Below, piece by piece: positions 1 through 7,712 of a stretch of DNA of 64,000 bases. The DNA is taken from assembly GCA_963776345.1 (NCBI GenBank), contig CAVZMH010000001.1:1-64000 (forward strand). Reading direction: 5' to 3'. The stretch's first letter is position 1. Each line of letters begins with the position of its first letter. Source of the DNA: an uncultured delta proteobacterium (lineage in GTDB: Bacteria > Myxococcota > Myxococcia > Myxococcales > Myxococcaceae). Both the position numbers and the translations under genes were made by a program. The notes below the pieces were generated by a model. It had not been told where the DNA came from. It ran no database searches and saw nothing but the letters and a program-made list of their open reading frames with translations.

Positions 1-182
1 CGGCCAAGTCGAAGTGCTAGCCAACTCCCCACCAGCAGACAGACCAGAATGCCCAAGGTCGGGAGATGGACGGGGCGTAGCAGCGTCGCGAGAAGGCCGA
101 GAACCGCAGCCCCGCAGACCACCCCGACGACATGGCGGCGTAGGAACGTCTGGACGGCGCTGAGTATCTCGGCGATGCCCAT
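1..182 (-). CDS. Partial (runs off window) hypothetical membrane protein N-terminus
   Basis: Read manually from ATG at 182: MGIAEILSAVQTFLRRHVVGVVCGAAVLGLLATLLRPVHLPTLGILVCLLVGSWLALRLG; two hydrophobic stretches, open to the window edge. Confidence 0.45.
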   Translation of the reverse strand, partial: MGIAEILSAVQTFLRRHVVGVVCGAAVLGLLATLLRPVHLPTLGILVCLLVGSWLALRLG

Positions 183-655
183 GGGGGGCCGCGAACCTAG
201 TCCGTGTGGGTGACTTCGCGAGCACTCACAGTAGGGGTAGTTGGGCTCGCTGCCCGACATACACGGCAACGTCTCGTTGTCCAGACTGAGCCCCGCGCGC
301 TCTCCGGGCACTAGCTCGGGCGCCGCTCTCCTCGGGCAACGGTCCCCGCGCGCTCCCTGAAGTGACCGCTGGCCGAGGTCTTCGAATCCAGTCAGCGAGA
401 CCGGCCGACTCTCACGAGCGAACGCCAGGGTGATCGCCCACGAAACATGGGTCGGTCTTGGCGACACAGTTGGCCCGGTCTTCGAATCTGAGCACTAGGG
501 CCAACGACGGGCGATCGGGCGTCTGGCTGGCTGCTCGGCTCCGGCCAGTACGGTACTGGCCGAAACGGGCTGCGCTCGGGCTGCGCGCTGGACGTCGCGG
601 GTCGCGCCCCCTCGTGCGAGCGCCCGTCGCAGCCCGAACACAGCCCGTGGCGGGC

Positions 656-700
656 GCTTCGATCCCCGCCGCCTCCACAATGAAGTCGAGCGGTTGCCGC
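656..700 (+). repeat. att-like direct repeat copy 1, tmRNA (ssrA) 3'-end fragment plus downstream bases
   Basis: GCTTCGATCCCCGCCGCCTCCACAATGAAGTCGAGCGGTTGCCGC; T-loop TTCGATC + CCCGC + acceptor strand CGCCTCCA; nearly identical copy at 6267-6310. Confidence 0.75.
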
Positions 701-728
701 TTGCCGCGTTTTTCGGGCGGCAATCGCT
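689..728 (+). terminator. Hairpin after ssrA-like fragment
   Basis: AGCGGTTGCCGC...GCGGCAATCGCT inverted repeat with a G-U pair; no long U tract. Confidence 0.4.
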
Positions 729-789
729 ATCCATTCGCTACGCGCTCGACGGAACGTCGCGGACTTGCGCGGGACGCGGTTGGTCTCCC

Positions 790-930
790 CAGGCCCGCTC
801 GGGCAGAGATCCGCGAGTTTCGCGGCGAGCCGCGGCTCGTCTCCTGGTACCAGCACCACGACGGCAAGGCCGTCCGGGCCGTCACCCGGGTGGAGATCGA
901 TCCGGACAGCGGCCGCATCTCGCGGATGTG
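790..930 (+). pseudogene. Fragment resembling the C-terminal (SnoaL-like) extension of an ECF sigma factor
   Basis: IREFRGEPRLVSWYQHHDGKAVRAVTRVEIDPDSGRISR resembles, from memory, ECF sigma C-terminal extensions; no sigma core domains nearby. Confidence 0.35.
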
Positions 931-994
931 GAGGCGATCTCCTGCGAGCCGGGTGCGCCCGTCGACCTCGAGCGGCGCAGAGACTGAACGACGG

Positions 995-1499
995 CCCGTC
1001 GGTGGTCGACATCGGGGCCGGAGCGGGTTCGCTGGTGGCTTCCATCGTTGCCGGCAATCCCGGCGTTCGGGGCATTCTGTTCGATCGGCTGGACGTGCTG
1101 CCCGACGCGCACCACCTGCTCACAGGACGAGGAGTGCGCGCACGGTGCGATCTGGTCGGAGGAAGTTTTTTCGAGCCGATACCAGTCCAGGGAGACGTCT
1201 GGATCCTCATGCAGATCCTGCACGACTGGCCCGATGCGGAATCCCAAGACGATCCTGATGCGGTGCCGCGAGCGGATGCGATCCGGGGACCGGCTCCTGC
1301 TGGTCGAGATGGTTCCCGTGCCCGGCCAGCCCGATGTGGGGATTGCCATTCTTGATATCGCGATGATGATGGTCGGCGGCGAGGCGCGGCAACGGACCGA
1401 GCAGGAATACAACGACCTGTTCGCGGCGACCGGATTCAGCTCGGTGCGTTGGTGGGCATTGGGACAGCCTTCAGCATTCTGGAGGTCAGACCACGCTAG
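995..1499 (+). pseudogene. O-methyltransferase (Methyltransf_2) C-terminal fragment, frameshifted
   Basis: VVDIGAGAG SAM motif, GSFFEPIP, ILHDWPD, then a shift near 1245 into LLLVEMV...GEARQRTEQEYNDLFAATGF, and another shift near 1450; N-terminal dimerisation domain absent. Confidence 0.75.
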
Positions 1500-1520
1500 G
1501 CCTGGGGAATCCCTCGACGT

Positions 1521-1976
1521 TCAGGTGTTGGCCAGCGCCGCCTGGGCGAGCGTCTTCTCGGCGCTCATCTGCTTCGCCTTGTCCGCGACCCCGTAGACCT
1601 TGAACAGGAACACGGTCTGGCCCTTCTTGACGTAGAGCACCGTGTACTGCGCCAGCGTCGCGTAGAACGCATCGTCGCCGAGCCCGCCCGCCGGGGTGAT
1701 GGTGGTTCCCGGAAGCGGGCCGGCCTTGATCCGGTCCCACTCGGCGGGAGGCCACAGCGACACGGTGACAATGACGTGCGGCTTCTCCGAGGTCCACGAG
1801 CATCCCGTGGTACCGATCGGCTGTCCGGCGCCGAAGCTTCCGCCGAGCGCGGCCGTGACCTGCGCAGGCGTGAGCAACCCACACGGCGCCGGTGCCGCCC
1901 GGGCGATACCGCCGAGGCCGCAGATCGCGAGCGCGCAGACCAGCTGCAACCGCGGTTTCCAGCGTGTCCTGGTCAT
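1521..1976 (-). CDS. Secreted hypothetical protein (DUF3558-like)
   Basis: Signal peptide ending ARA, PCGLLT..QV, CSW and GLGDDAFY motifs; GGGGAGG RBS. Confidence 0.7.
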   Translation of the reverse strand: MTRTRWKPRLQLVCALAICGLGGIARAAPAPCGLLTPAQVTAALGGSFGAGQPIGTTGCSWTSEKPHVIVTVSLWPPAEWDRIKAGPLPGTTITPAGGLGDDAFYATLAQYTVLYVKKGQTVFLFKVYGVADKAKQMSAEKTLAQAALANT

Positions 1977-2321
1977 CGGCCACCTCCCCGAAGCAGAGGA
2001 TTCCTCGCACCTGCGTCCCCCATCCTACAAGACGCGCGGAGCGAACCCGAGCATTCTCGAAACTGCCACCGGTATGCGTGATTACACGCGATCCATGCGT
2101 GAGCCAAAGTTTGCCTGCAACGTCTTCGAACGCGAAGTACTGGCCGGTGCGGATGCCACGCAGGTCTCCACGCGTACGCGGCGCATGGCGAGGCGCCGAA
2201 CACTCGGTGTTCTTGCGAGCTTCACGACCGCCATGCTGATTGCCTTCGTCGCGCCACGCCTCGGATTCGGTTTTCTGCGGCGCTTTGATCCTCCAGGTGC
2301 GGCCGGAGGCCCCGGGCGTCT

Positions 2322-2600
2322 TCACAGGTCGATGACGACGTCACCAGTCGGTTTTGAGCAACAGACGAAAAGGTTGCCGTCGGCCGGCTTGTCGAGCGGC
2401 TCCGGTCCGTAGACCACCGCTCCGGAAACCAGACCGCTCTCACAGTTGTGACAGACACCCGTCCGGCACGACCAGCGGACCGGGACGTCACACGCCTCGG
2501 CCAGTTCCAGGATGCTCTGGTAGGCCGAGGCCTTCCAGTGTGCGGCGATGCCACTGCGCGCGAACGAGACCAGCGGACCGCTGCCGGCGTCGTCCCCGGG
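2322..2600 (-). pseudogene. C-terminal 2Fe-2S ferredoxin domain fragment of a MOSC/FAD oxidoreductase
   Basis: WSCRTGVCHNC...LFVCCSKPTGDVVIDL; FAD/NAD-binding modules missing upstream. Confidence 0.65.
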
Positions 2601-2708
2601 CAGTGGGGTCCTGATGTCGGGCCCGTACCCGATCAAGGTAGCGAGGAGGCCGTCCGCTGGAACGCGGGGTTGGGCGTCATGCTTCCAGAACCGCGACTCT
2701 TGGCCGTG

Positions 2709-3005
2709 TCATGCTCGAGCGTTCTCCACGAGCGTGGCAATCTGCACGAACTCGACGCTGGGGCGTACACCGTAGAGACCCGTTAGGCGCTCCAGAAGCG
2801 CATCGGTGAAAAAGGCTTTGGCTGCGACCTCTGAATCCCAGACGTAAAAATTGACGGCCGTGCGCTTTCCGGAATTGACCGTGAAAGCCTTGGAACGCAA
2901 TCCGGACATTCCTTCAAACTTTGCGCGTGCGGTCTCAGCGATCTTCCGCACGGCTTGTTCATCGAAATTGTCTCCGTAGCTAAACGTTACAAATACACCA
3001 ATCAT
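2709..3005 (-). CDS. YdhR-like putative monooxygenase (dimeric alpha-beta barrel)
   Basis: 98 aa; GLRSKAF and NFYVWDSE.AAKAF pattern; AAAGGAG RBS; visibly more AT-rich than neighbours. Confidence 0.7.
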   Translation of the reverse strand: MIGVFVTFSYGDNFDEQAVRKIAETARAKFEGMSGLRSKAFTVNSGKRTAVNFYVWDSEVAAKAFFTDALLERLTGLYGVRPSVEFVQIATLVENARA

Positions 3006-3075
3006 GCCGCACTCCTTTCGATGTAGGGATCAATGTCGCTCGGAAGGTCTGCGATAGCAGAACCGCGAGCGCCGC

Positions 3076-3097
3076 GAATGGCCCGGACGGGCCATTC
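3076..3097. promoter_or_regulatory. Palindromic operator candidate copy 1
   Basis: GAATGGCCCG-GA-CGGGCCATTC, a perfect inverted repeat upstream of the YdhR-like gene. Confidence 0.65.
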
Positions 3098-3098
3098 T

Positions 3099-4169
3099 TC
3101 AGCGCACCAGCATCGCCACCGCCTGTGCACGGGTGCGAACGCCGAGCTGGGCGAGGATGTTGGCCACGTGCCGATGCACGGTGTGCTCGCTGCGAGCGAG
3201 CACCTGCGCGATCTCGCGGTTCGACCGGCCCTGGGCGAGCATCTCCAGGATCTGCCGCTGGCGCGAGGTGAGCGTGGACGTCACCGGAGGCTTGCGCGGC
3301 GCCTTCGGCATGCGCCGGCCCGGTCGCCGCGGCAGCGACGGGAGCCGCTCGAGGAACCGGTGCACCTCCCCGAGCAGCGCCGCCGAATCGCCTACGAACG
3401 GCCAGTGGTCGGCGCCGGGCAGCTCCACGAACTGCGCGCCGGTGATGTGGCGGGCGATGAAACGGCCTTCGTCGATCTTCGCGTCGCGGTCGCCGGTGCG
3501 GTGCAGCACCAGCGCCGGCGCAGCCACGTGCGCGAGCGCGGCCCGGGAATCGACGTCGGTGTTGTAGCGGAGCAGCGCCGCGGCGGCGCCAGGGCTCGCG
3601 CTCTGGCGCAGGTAGGAGGCGAAGCGCGTGGCGAAGCGGCCATCGTTCGCGCGCGACGGCGTCAGGGTGTCGAGCTCCATCGGGCCGCCCCACGAGCGCT
3701 GCACCAGCTCCATCAGCCTTGCGCTCGCCCCGTCGGACGGCGCCCAGGGGTAGTCGGGCGTGCGGCGGCGGCAGGCAAAGCCGCCATAGGCCACGAGGCC
3801 CAGCGTGCGTTCGGGATACGTGGCAGCGAAGAGGATCGCCAGCGACACGCCCTCCGAGGCTCCAAACACGACCGCGCGGCGCACCGACGCGGCGTCCAGC
3901 ACCGCGCGCACGTCGTCCATCCGCTCCTCCATCGTCGAGGCGCGCGGCATCGGATCGGACAGCCCGGTGCCGCGCTTGTCGAACACCAGCAGCCGGCAGC
4001 CCTGCGCCAGCGTGTGGAGGAACGAGGCCACCTCGGGGAAGCGCCAGCTGGCCTCGACGTGCGAGACCCAGCCGGGGATGAAGATCAGGTCGAGCGGACC
4101 ATCGCCCAGCGACTGCCAGGCGATGTGCACCTCGCCGCTGCGCGCGTAGCGGGTCACGGGGAGCGCCAT
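3099..4169 (-). CDS. Alpha/beta-hydrolase fold + LuxR HTH transcriptional regulator
   Basis: TRYARSGEVHIAW, FDKRGTGLSD, GASEG, ELPGADH; C-terminal LTSRQRQILEMLAQGRSNREIAQVLARSEHTVHRHVANILAQLGV. Confidence 0.9.
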   Translation of the reverse strand: MALPVTRYARSGEVHIAWQSLGDGPLDLIFIPGWVSHVEASWRFPEVASFLHTLAQGCRLLVFDKRGTGLSDPMPRASTMEERMDDVRAVLDAASVRRAVVFGASEGVSLAILFAATYPERTLGLVAYGGFACRRRTPDYPWAPSDGASARLMELVQRSWGGPMELDTLTPSRANDGRFATRFASYLRQSASPGAAAALLRYNTDVDSRAALAHVAAPALVLHRTGDRDAKIDEGRFIARHITGAQFVELPGADHWPFVGDSAALLGEVHRFLERLPSLPRRPGRRMPKAPRKPPVTSTLTSRQRQILEMLAQGRSNREIAQVLARSEHTVHRHVANILAQLGVRTRAQAVAMLVR

Positions 4170-4291
4170 CCCGTGGAAACGTAGCCCATTCAGCCGCTGG
4201 AGAAGGAGCTGTCGTCAGGAGCATGTGACAGCAGACCCAGCGCGCCTTCGCCCGACCCGAGCAGCACTTCATCCTGGATGGCGACGCCGCG

Positions 4292-5275
4292 TCAGCCGAC
4301 GGTGACCACGATCTTGCCGATGGCCCTGCGGTCCGCGAGCTGCCGAATCGCCTCGCCGCCGCGTGCCAGCGGAAAGCTGCCGCTGATCACCGGCTTCAAT
4401 CGGCCCGCGTCGACGAGCGCGAAGAGCTCCGCCATGTCCTGCCGGAAGTTCTCGGGTTCGCGCGCGATGTACGCGCCCCAGAAGACGCCCACCACCGCGC
4501 AGTTCTTGAGCAAGGTCAAGTTCAGTGGGAGCTTGGGGATGGAACCGCTGGCAAACCCCACCACCAGCAGCCGCCCACCCCAGGCCAAGGCGCGCACCGC
4601 CTCCTCCGACTGGGTCCCTCCGACGGGGTCGTAGACCACATCGACCCCGTCGCCGTTCGTGGCGGCCTTGAGCGCATCCTTCAACTCTTGCGTGCAGGTA
4701 TTGATCAAGATGTCGGCGCCTTGGGCTTTGCACACTGCGAGCTTGGCGTCGGTGCTGGCGCAGGCGATGACCTTGGCGCCCATGACCTTCCCGAGCTGCA
4801 CAGCCGCGAGACCAACGCCGCCGGAGGCCCCGAGCACCGCGAGCGTCTCTCCCGCGCGGACTCCGCCCCTTTGCTTCAAGGCGTAGTAGGAGGTCGCGTA
4901 GGTCATCAGGAAGCCGCCCGCCTCCAAGTCCGAGAGCTTGGGACTTGCCAGCTTGATGACTTGATATGCGGGTAGGCAGACCTCTTCGGCCAGCATTCCG
5001 AACGCGTTGCAGGCGATGACCCGATCGCCGACGGCCAGGCCCTCGACGCCCTCGCCGACCTCCGCGACCCGGGCCACGGCCTCGCCGCCCGGCGCGAAGG
5101 GTAGGTCGGGTTTGAACTGATATTTTCCTTCGATGATCAGCGTGTCGGGGAAGTTGATTCCCGCCACCAAGATCTGAAGTTTGACCTCGCCGGCGGACGG
5201 CTTGGGCGACGGAAGCCCCTCGGTGAGGACGAGAGACTCGGGCGGACCGAGCCGGGTGCAGAGAAGCGCCTTCAT
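4292..5275 (-). CDS. NADPH:quinone oxidoreductase family (MDR) protein
   Basis: MKALLC, GINFPD..IIEGKYQ, GASGGVG, YDPVGG, GFASG, GKIVV; alternative start at 5311. Confidence 0.92.
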   Translation of the reverse strand: MKALLCTRLGPPESLVLTEGLPSPKPSAGEVKLQILVAGINFPDTLIIEGKYQFKPDLPFAPGGEAVARVAEVGEGVEGLAVGDRVIACNAFGMLAEEVCLPAYQVIKLASPKLSDLEAGGFLMTYATSYYALKQRGGVRAGETLAVLGASGGVGLAAVQLGKVMGAKVIACASTDAKLAVCKAQGADILINTCTQELKDALKAATNGDGVDVVYDPVGGTQSEEAVRALAWGGRLLVVGFASGSIPKLPLNLTLLKNCAVVGVFWGAYIAREPENFRQDMAELFALVDAGRLKPVISGSFPLARGGEAIRQLADRRAIGKIVVTVG

Positions 5276-5355
5276 GATGGACTCCTTGGCAACGCGATCG
5301 AGAACGATCATGGAAACTCCTTGGGTTCCCGATAGCAGGGCCGCGAAAGCCGCGA

Positions 5356-5373
5356 ATGGCCCGGAAGGGCCAT
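5356..5373. promoter_or_regulatory. Palindromic operator candidate copy 2
   Basis: ATGGCCCG-GA-AGGGCCAT upstream of the quinone oxidoreductase. Confidence 0.6.
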
Positions 5374-5468
5374 CCTCGCCGGGGTGTGAACGCCGGGCGG
5401 GGCGACGGTGCAGCCGGCCACCACTCCCAGCACGACGTAGCGGCGGATCATGTCGGCGCTGCGGGGGG

Positions 5469-5780
5469 TCAGCGCCGATACTCGCGGGCGATCGAGGCGA
5501 AGGCCTCGTCCACCGCCCGGGCGATGCCCACGTCGAGGCCCTCACCGGCGGTCGCACGGATCCCCATCACAAGGTTGACCAGGCGCTCGAGCAACGAGGC
5601 CCTTCGGCGGGCGTGGGTGTCCCTCACGGGGCCCACCAGCACATGGAGTTTGACCTCGCCGACGGACGGCTTGGACGACGGAAGCCCCTCGGTGAGGACG
5701 AGAGACTCGGGCGGACCGAGCCGGGTGCAGAGCAGCGCCTTCATGACGGACTCCTTGGCAACGCGATCGAGAACGATCAT
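5469..5780 (-). pseudogene. Truncated duplicate of the quinone oxidoreductase 5' end fused to unrelated sequence
   Basis: MIVLDRVAKESVMKALLCTRLGPPESLVLTEGLPSSKPSVGEVKL is nearly identical to the start of the 4292-5311 gene, then diverges. Confidence 0.75.
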
Positions 5781-5845
5781 GGAAACCTCCCTGGGTTTCT
5801 CGATAGCAGGGCCGCGAAAGCCGCGAATGGCCCGGACGGGCCATC
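5647..5845. repeat. ~200 bp direct duplication of 5178-5374
   Basis: Aligns by eye with few substitutions and indels; includes the operator and RBS. Confidence 0.9.
5827..5844. promoter_or_regulatory. Palindromic operator candidate copy 3
   Basis: ATGGCCCG-GA-CGGGCCAT. Confidence 0.6.
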
Positions 5846-5896
5846 AGCGCTCCAGCATCGCCACCGCCTGCGCGCGGGGGTGCGAAGACGCCGAGA
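5844..5896 (-). pseudogene. 3' remnant of a second LuxR-HTH regulator
   Basis: Encodes ...RAQAVAMLER* versus ...RAQAVAMLVR* at the end of 3099-4169. Confidence 0.65.
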
Positions 5897-6266
5897 ACCG
5901 TCTGCCACCTACTTGACGACGATGTTGTCCAGCCCCGTCGGGTTCGGGGTGGTGGGCGAATCGCGCAGGACAGCGTCAGTCGTCGTCGCGCGTGGCGTCT
6001 GGAGAGCGCGGGAGCGGGATGCGCTCCATCAGAAGGGCCAACTTCAGGAGGGACTGACGAAGCTGCTCCGGGCTCCGCAGCGCCCGCCACCGCGCAGCGA
6101 CCTCCGCGAGTGCCATGCTCACCGAGTCGGCCTCGCCAGGGGCCGCTACTTCCGTACTACACGCGGTGCGGCCGAACGCGTGCTCGTGCGCGCTCTGGGG
6201 CCAGCAACCGGGCGCTGTTGCGGGCTGCTGCGCGCACGTGCTCACCGAAGAGTCTTCGCCAGCACG

Positions 6267-6310
6267 GCTTCGATCCCCGCCGCCTCCACAAGAAGTCGAG
6301 CGGTTGCCGC
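6267..6310 (+). repeat. att-like direct repeat copy 2, tmRNA (ssrA) 3'-end fragment
   Basis: GCTTCGATCCCCGCCGCCTCCACAA-GAAGTCGAGCGGTTGCCGC, one base shorter than copy 1; overlaps hairpin TGCCGC-GTTCGA-GCGGCA. Confidence 0.75.
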
Positions 6311-6348
6311 GTTCGAGCGGCACTCGCCGTCCACTCGCTCGCACACGC

Positions 6349-7560
6349 TCACAGCGACTTCAGGTACTGCACCAGATCCGCACGCTCGGCGGAGGTGAGG
6401 CCCAGCGAGCGCCTGGTGTCGTAGGTGCTCACCACATCCTCCAGTGTCGCCGCAGATCCGTTGTGGAAGTACGGAGGGTGCTGCCACGCACCCTTGAGTG
6501 GCGCGGTCCGATACTGCTTGGTCGCGCTGCGTGACGCGTAACTGGGGACCCCGGCTGCCTCGGGTTCTCCCATCGAATCACTGGGCGGGTGCAGCCGGGT
6601 GTTGGCATCGGTGAACTCGGCTCCGCTGTGGCAGGTCGAGCATCCTGCAGAACCGGCGAAGAGCGCTTGCCCCCGGGATGCCGCCGCAGGGTCGTAGCTC
6701 CCGGCGGGCGGGGGCGGGGCGGTGAGCGTGAGTTGATACGCCTGCAGACCGGGGAGCTTGCTGCTGATCAGATCGTCGGCGCCGTTGGTGACGTTCACGC
6801 CCGTCCGCGGGTCGGAGAACGTTCCGTGTCCGCCCATCTGGGTGACGCCGACGTAGCGGTTCCAGTAGGCGATGTCCGCGCCATCCCCGGTCGAGGTGAT
6901 GCGATGGATGCCGTTCAGGCCATAGGCCGGTGGGATGACCTGTGGCCCGTTCAGGCCATCCTGGTTGAATCGCGGGTCGTACCTTCCCGGGCCCCAGGAA
7001 TTGAAGACCGCACGCGTCGCTGCGTCGAGCGCCGGCGACAGGGCGACGATGGCCCCCACGTTCAGATCGCGATTGGGCCAGCCGTCCAGGCGCTTCCCGA
7101 TCCCGGGGGCGAACGAGCTGTCCACGGTGGAATGGCACAGGGCGCACGTGAAACCGACGCGGGTCAGCGTGTCCTTCCCGTTGATGGTCTCGACCGTGCC
7201 CTTGACGCCGACGACGGCGCCGAGCTTGAGCAGCGCCACCGTGGTCGCGGGATCGGTGAGACTGATCGACCCGTTCTGAATTCCGGTCACCACTGCCGGC
7301 GGGAGGGCTTCCGCATCCACCTTCAGGCCAACCGCCAGTGCAGTGGTCGGATCGACCGTGCTCACCACCTGCTCCATGTGCAGGGCATCCGTCCACTTCG
7401 TCTCGTCGCCGAAGGTGTCGTAGCGAAAGGTCTGCTTCCCCTCAGCGACCAGGGCTGCGTCGGGCGCGCCGCTGTCGTTGCTGCTGCAGGCCGTGACCGC
7501 TGCCAGCGCAAGCGAGCACAGACCCATCCACAACAGCATCGAGGTGCCGTTCGAGTTCAT
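6349..7560 (-). CDS. Di-heme c-type cytochrome lipoprotein (cytochrome c peroxidase-like C-terminus)
   Basis: Lipobox-like AVTAC, CALCH and CSTCH heme motifs, YRTAPLKG..HPPYFHNGSAATLEDVV; GGAGG RBS. Confidence 0.85.
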   Translation of the reverse strand: MNSNGTSMLLWMGLCSLALAAVTACSSNDSGAPDAALVAEGKQTFRYDTFGDETKWTDALHMEQVVSTVDPTTALAVGLKVDAEALPPAVVTGIQNGSISLTDPATTVALLKLGAVVGVKGTVETINGKDTLTRVGFTCALCHSTVDSSFAPGIGKRLDGWPNRDLNVGAIVALSPALDAATRAVFNSWGPGRYDPRFNQDGLNGPQVIPPAYGLNGIHRITSTGDGADIAYWNRYVGVTQMGGHGTFSDPRTGVNVTNGADDLISSKLPGLQAYQLTLTAPPPPAGSYDPAAASRGQALFAGSAGCSTCHSGAEFTDANTRLHPPSDSMGEPEAAGVPSYASRSATKQYRTAPLKGAWQHPPYFHNGSAATLEDVVSTYDTRRSLGLTSAERADLVQYLKSL

Positions 7561-7712
7561 CTCAGCCTCCAGCTGGGTGATTTGCTGCGCGCCCTGGTTC
7601 TGAAGCGAGCGGGTATCGTCGACACCCACTGCTCATTAGAGGAACGGCGCCGGAATCGGTGACAGCGGGCGCTCCGCGGCGGGGCGTCTGATTGCGCTCG
7701 AGCGTCCTCTGG

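Noticed and set aside
640..680. Complete tRNA or tmRNA gene (also at 6250-6290)
   Set aside because: Only the T-loop and 3' acceptor strand are present; there is no matching 5' half upstream.
1990..2320. Plus-strand ORF with a hydrophobic segment
   Set aside because: No clear RBS or family motif, atypical codon usage, and it overlaps genes on the opposite strand.
5976..6344. Integrase remnant beside att copy 2
   Set aside because: No R-H-R-Y catalytic motifs are visible; the ORF crosses the att repeat and is probably spurious.
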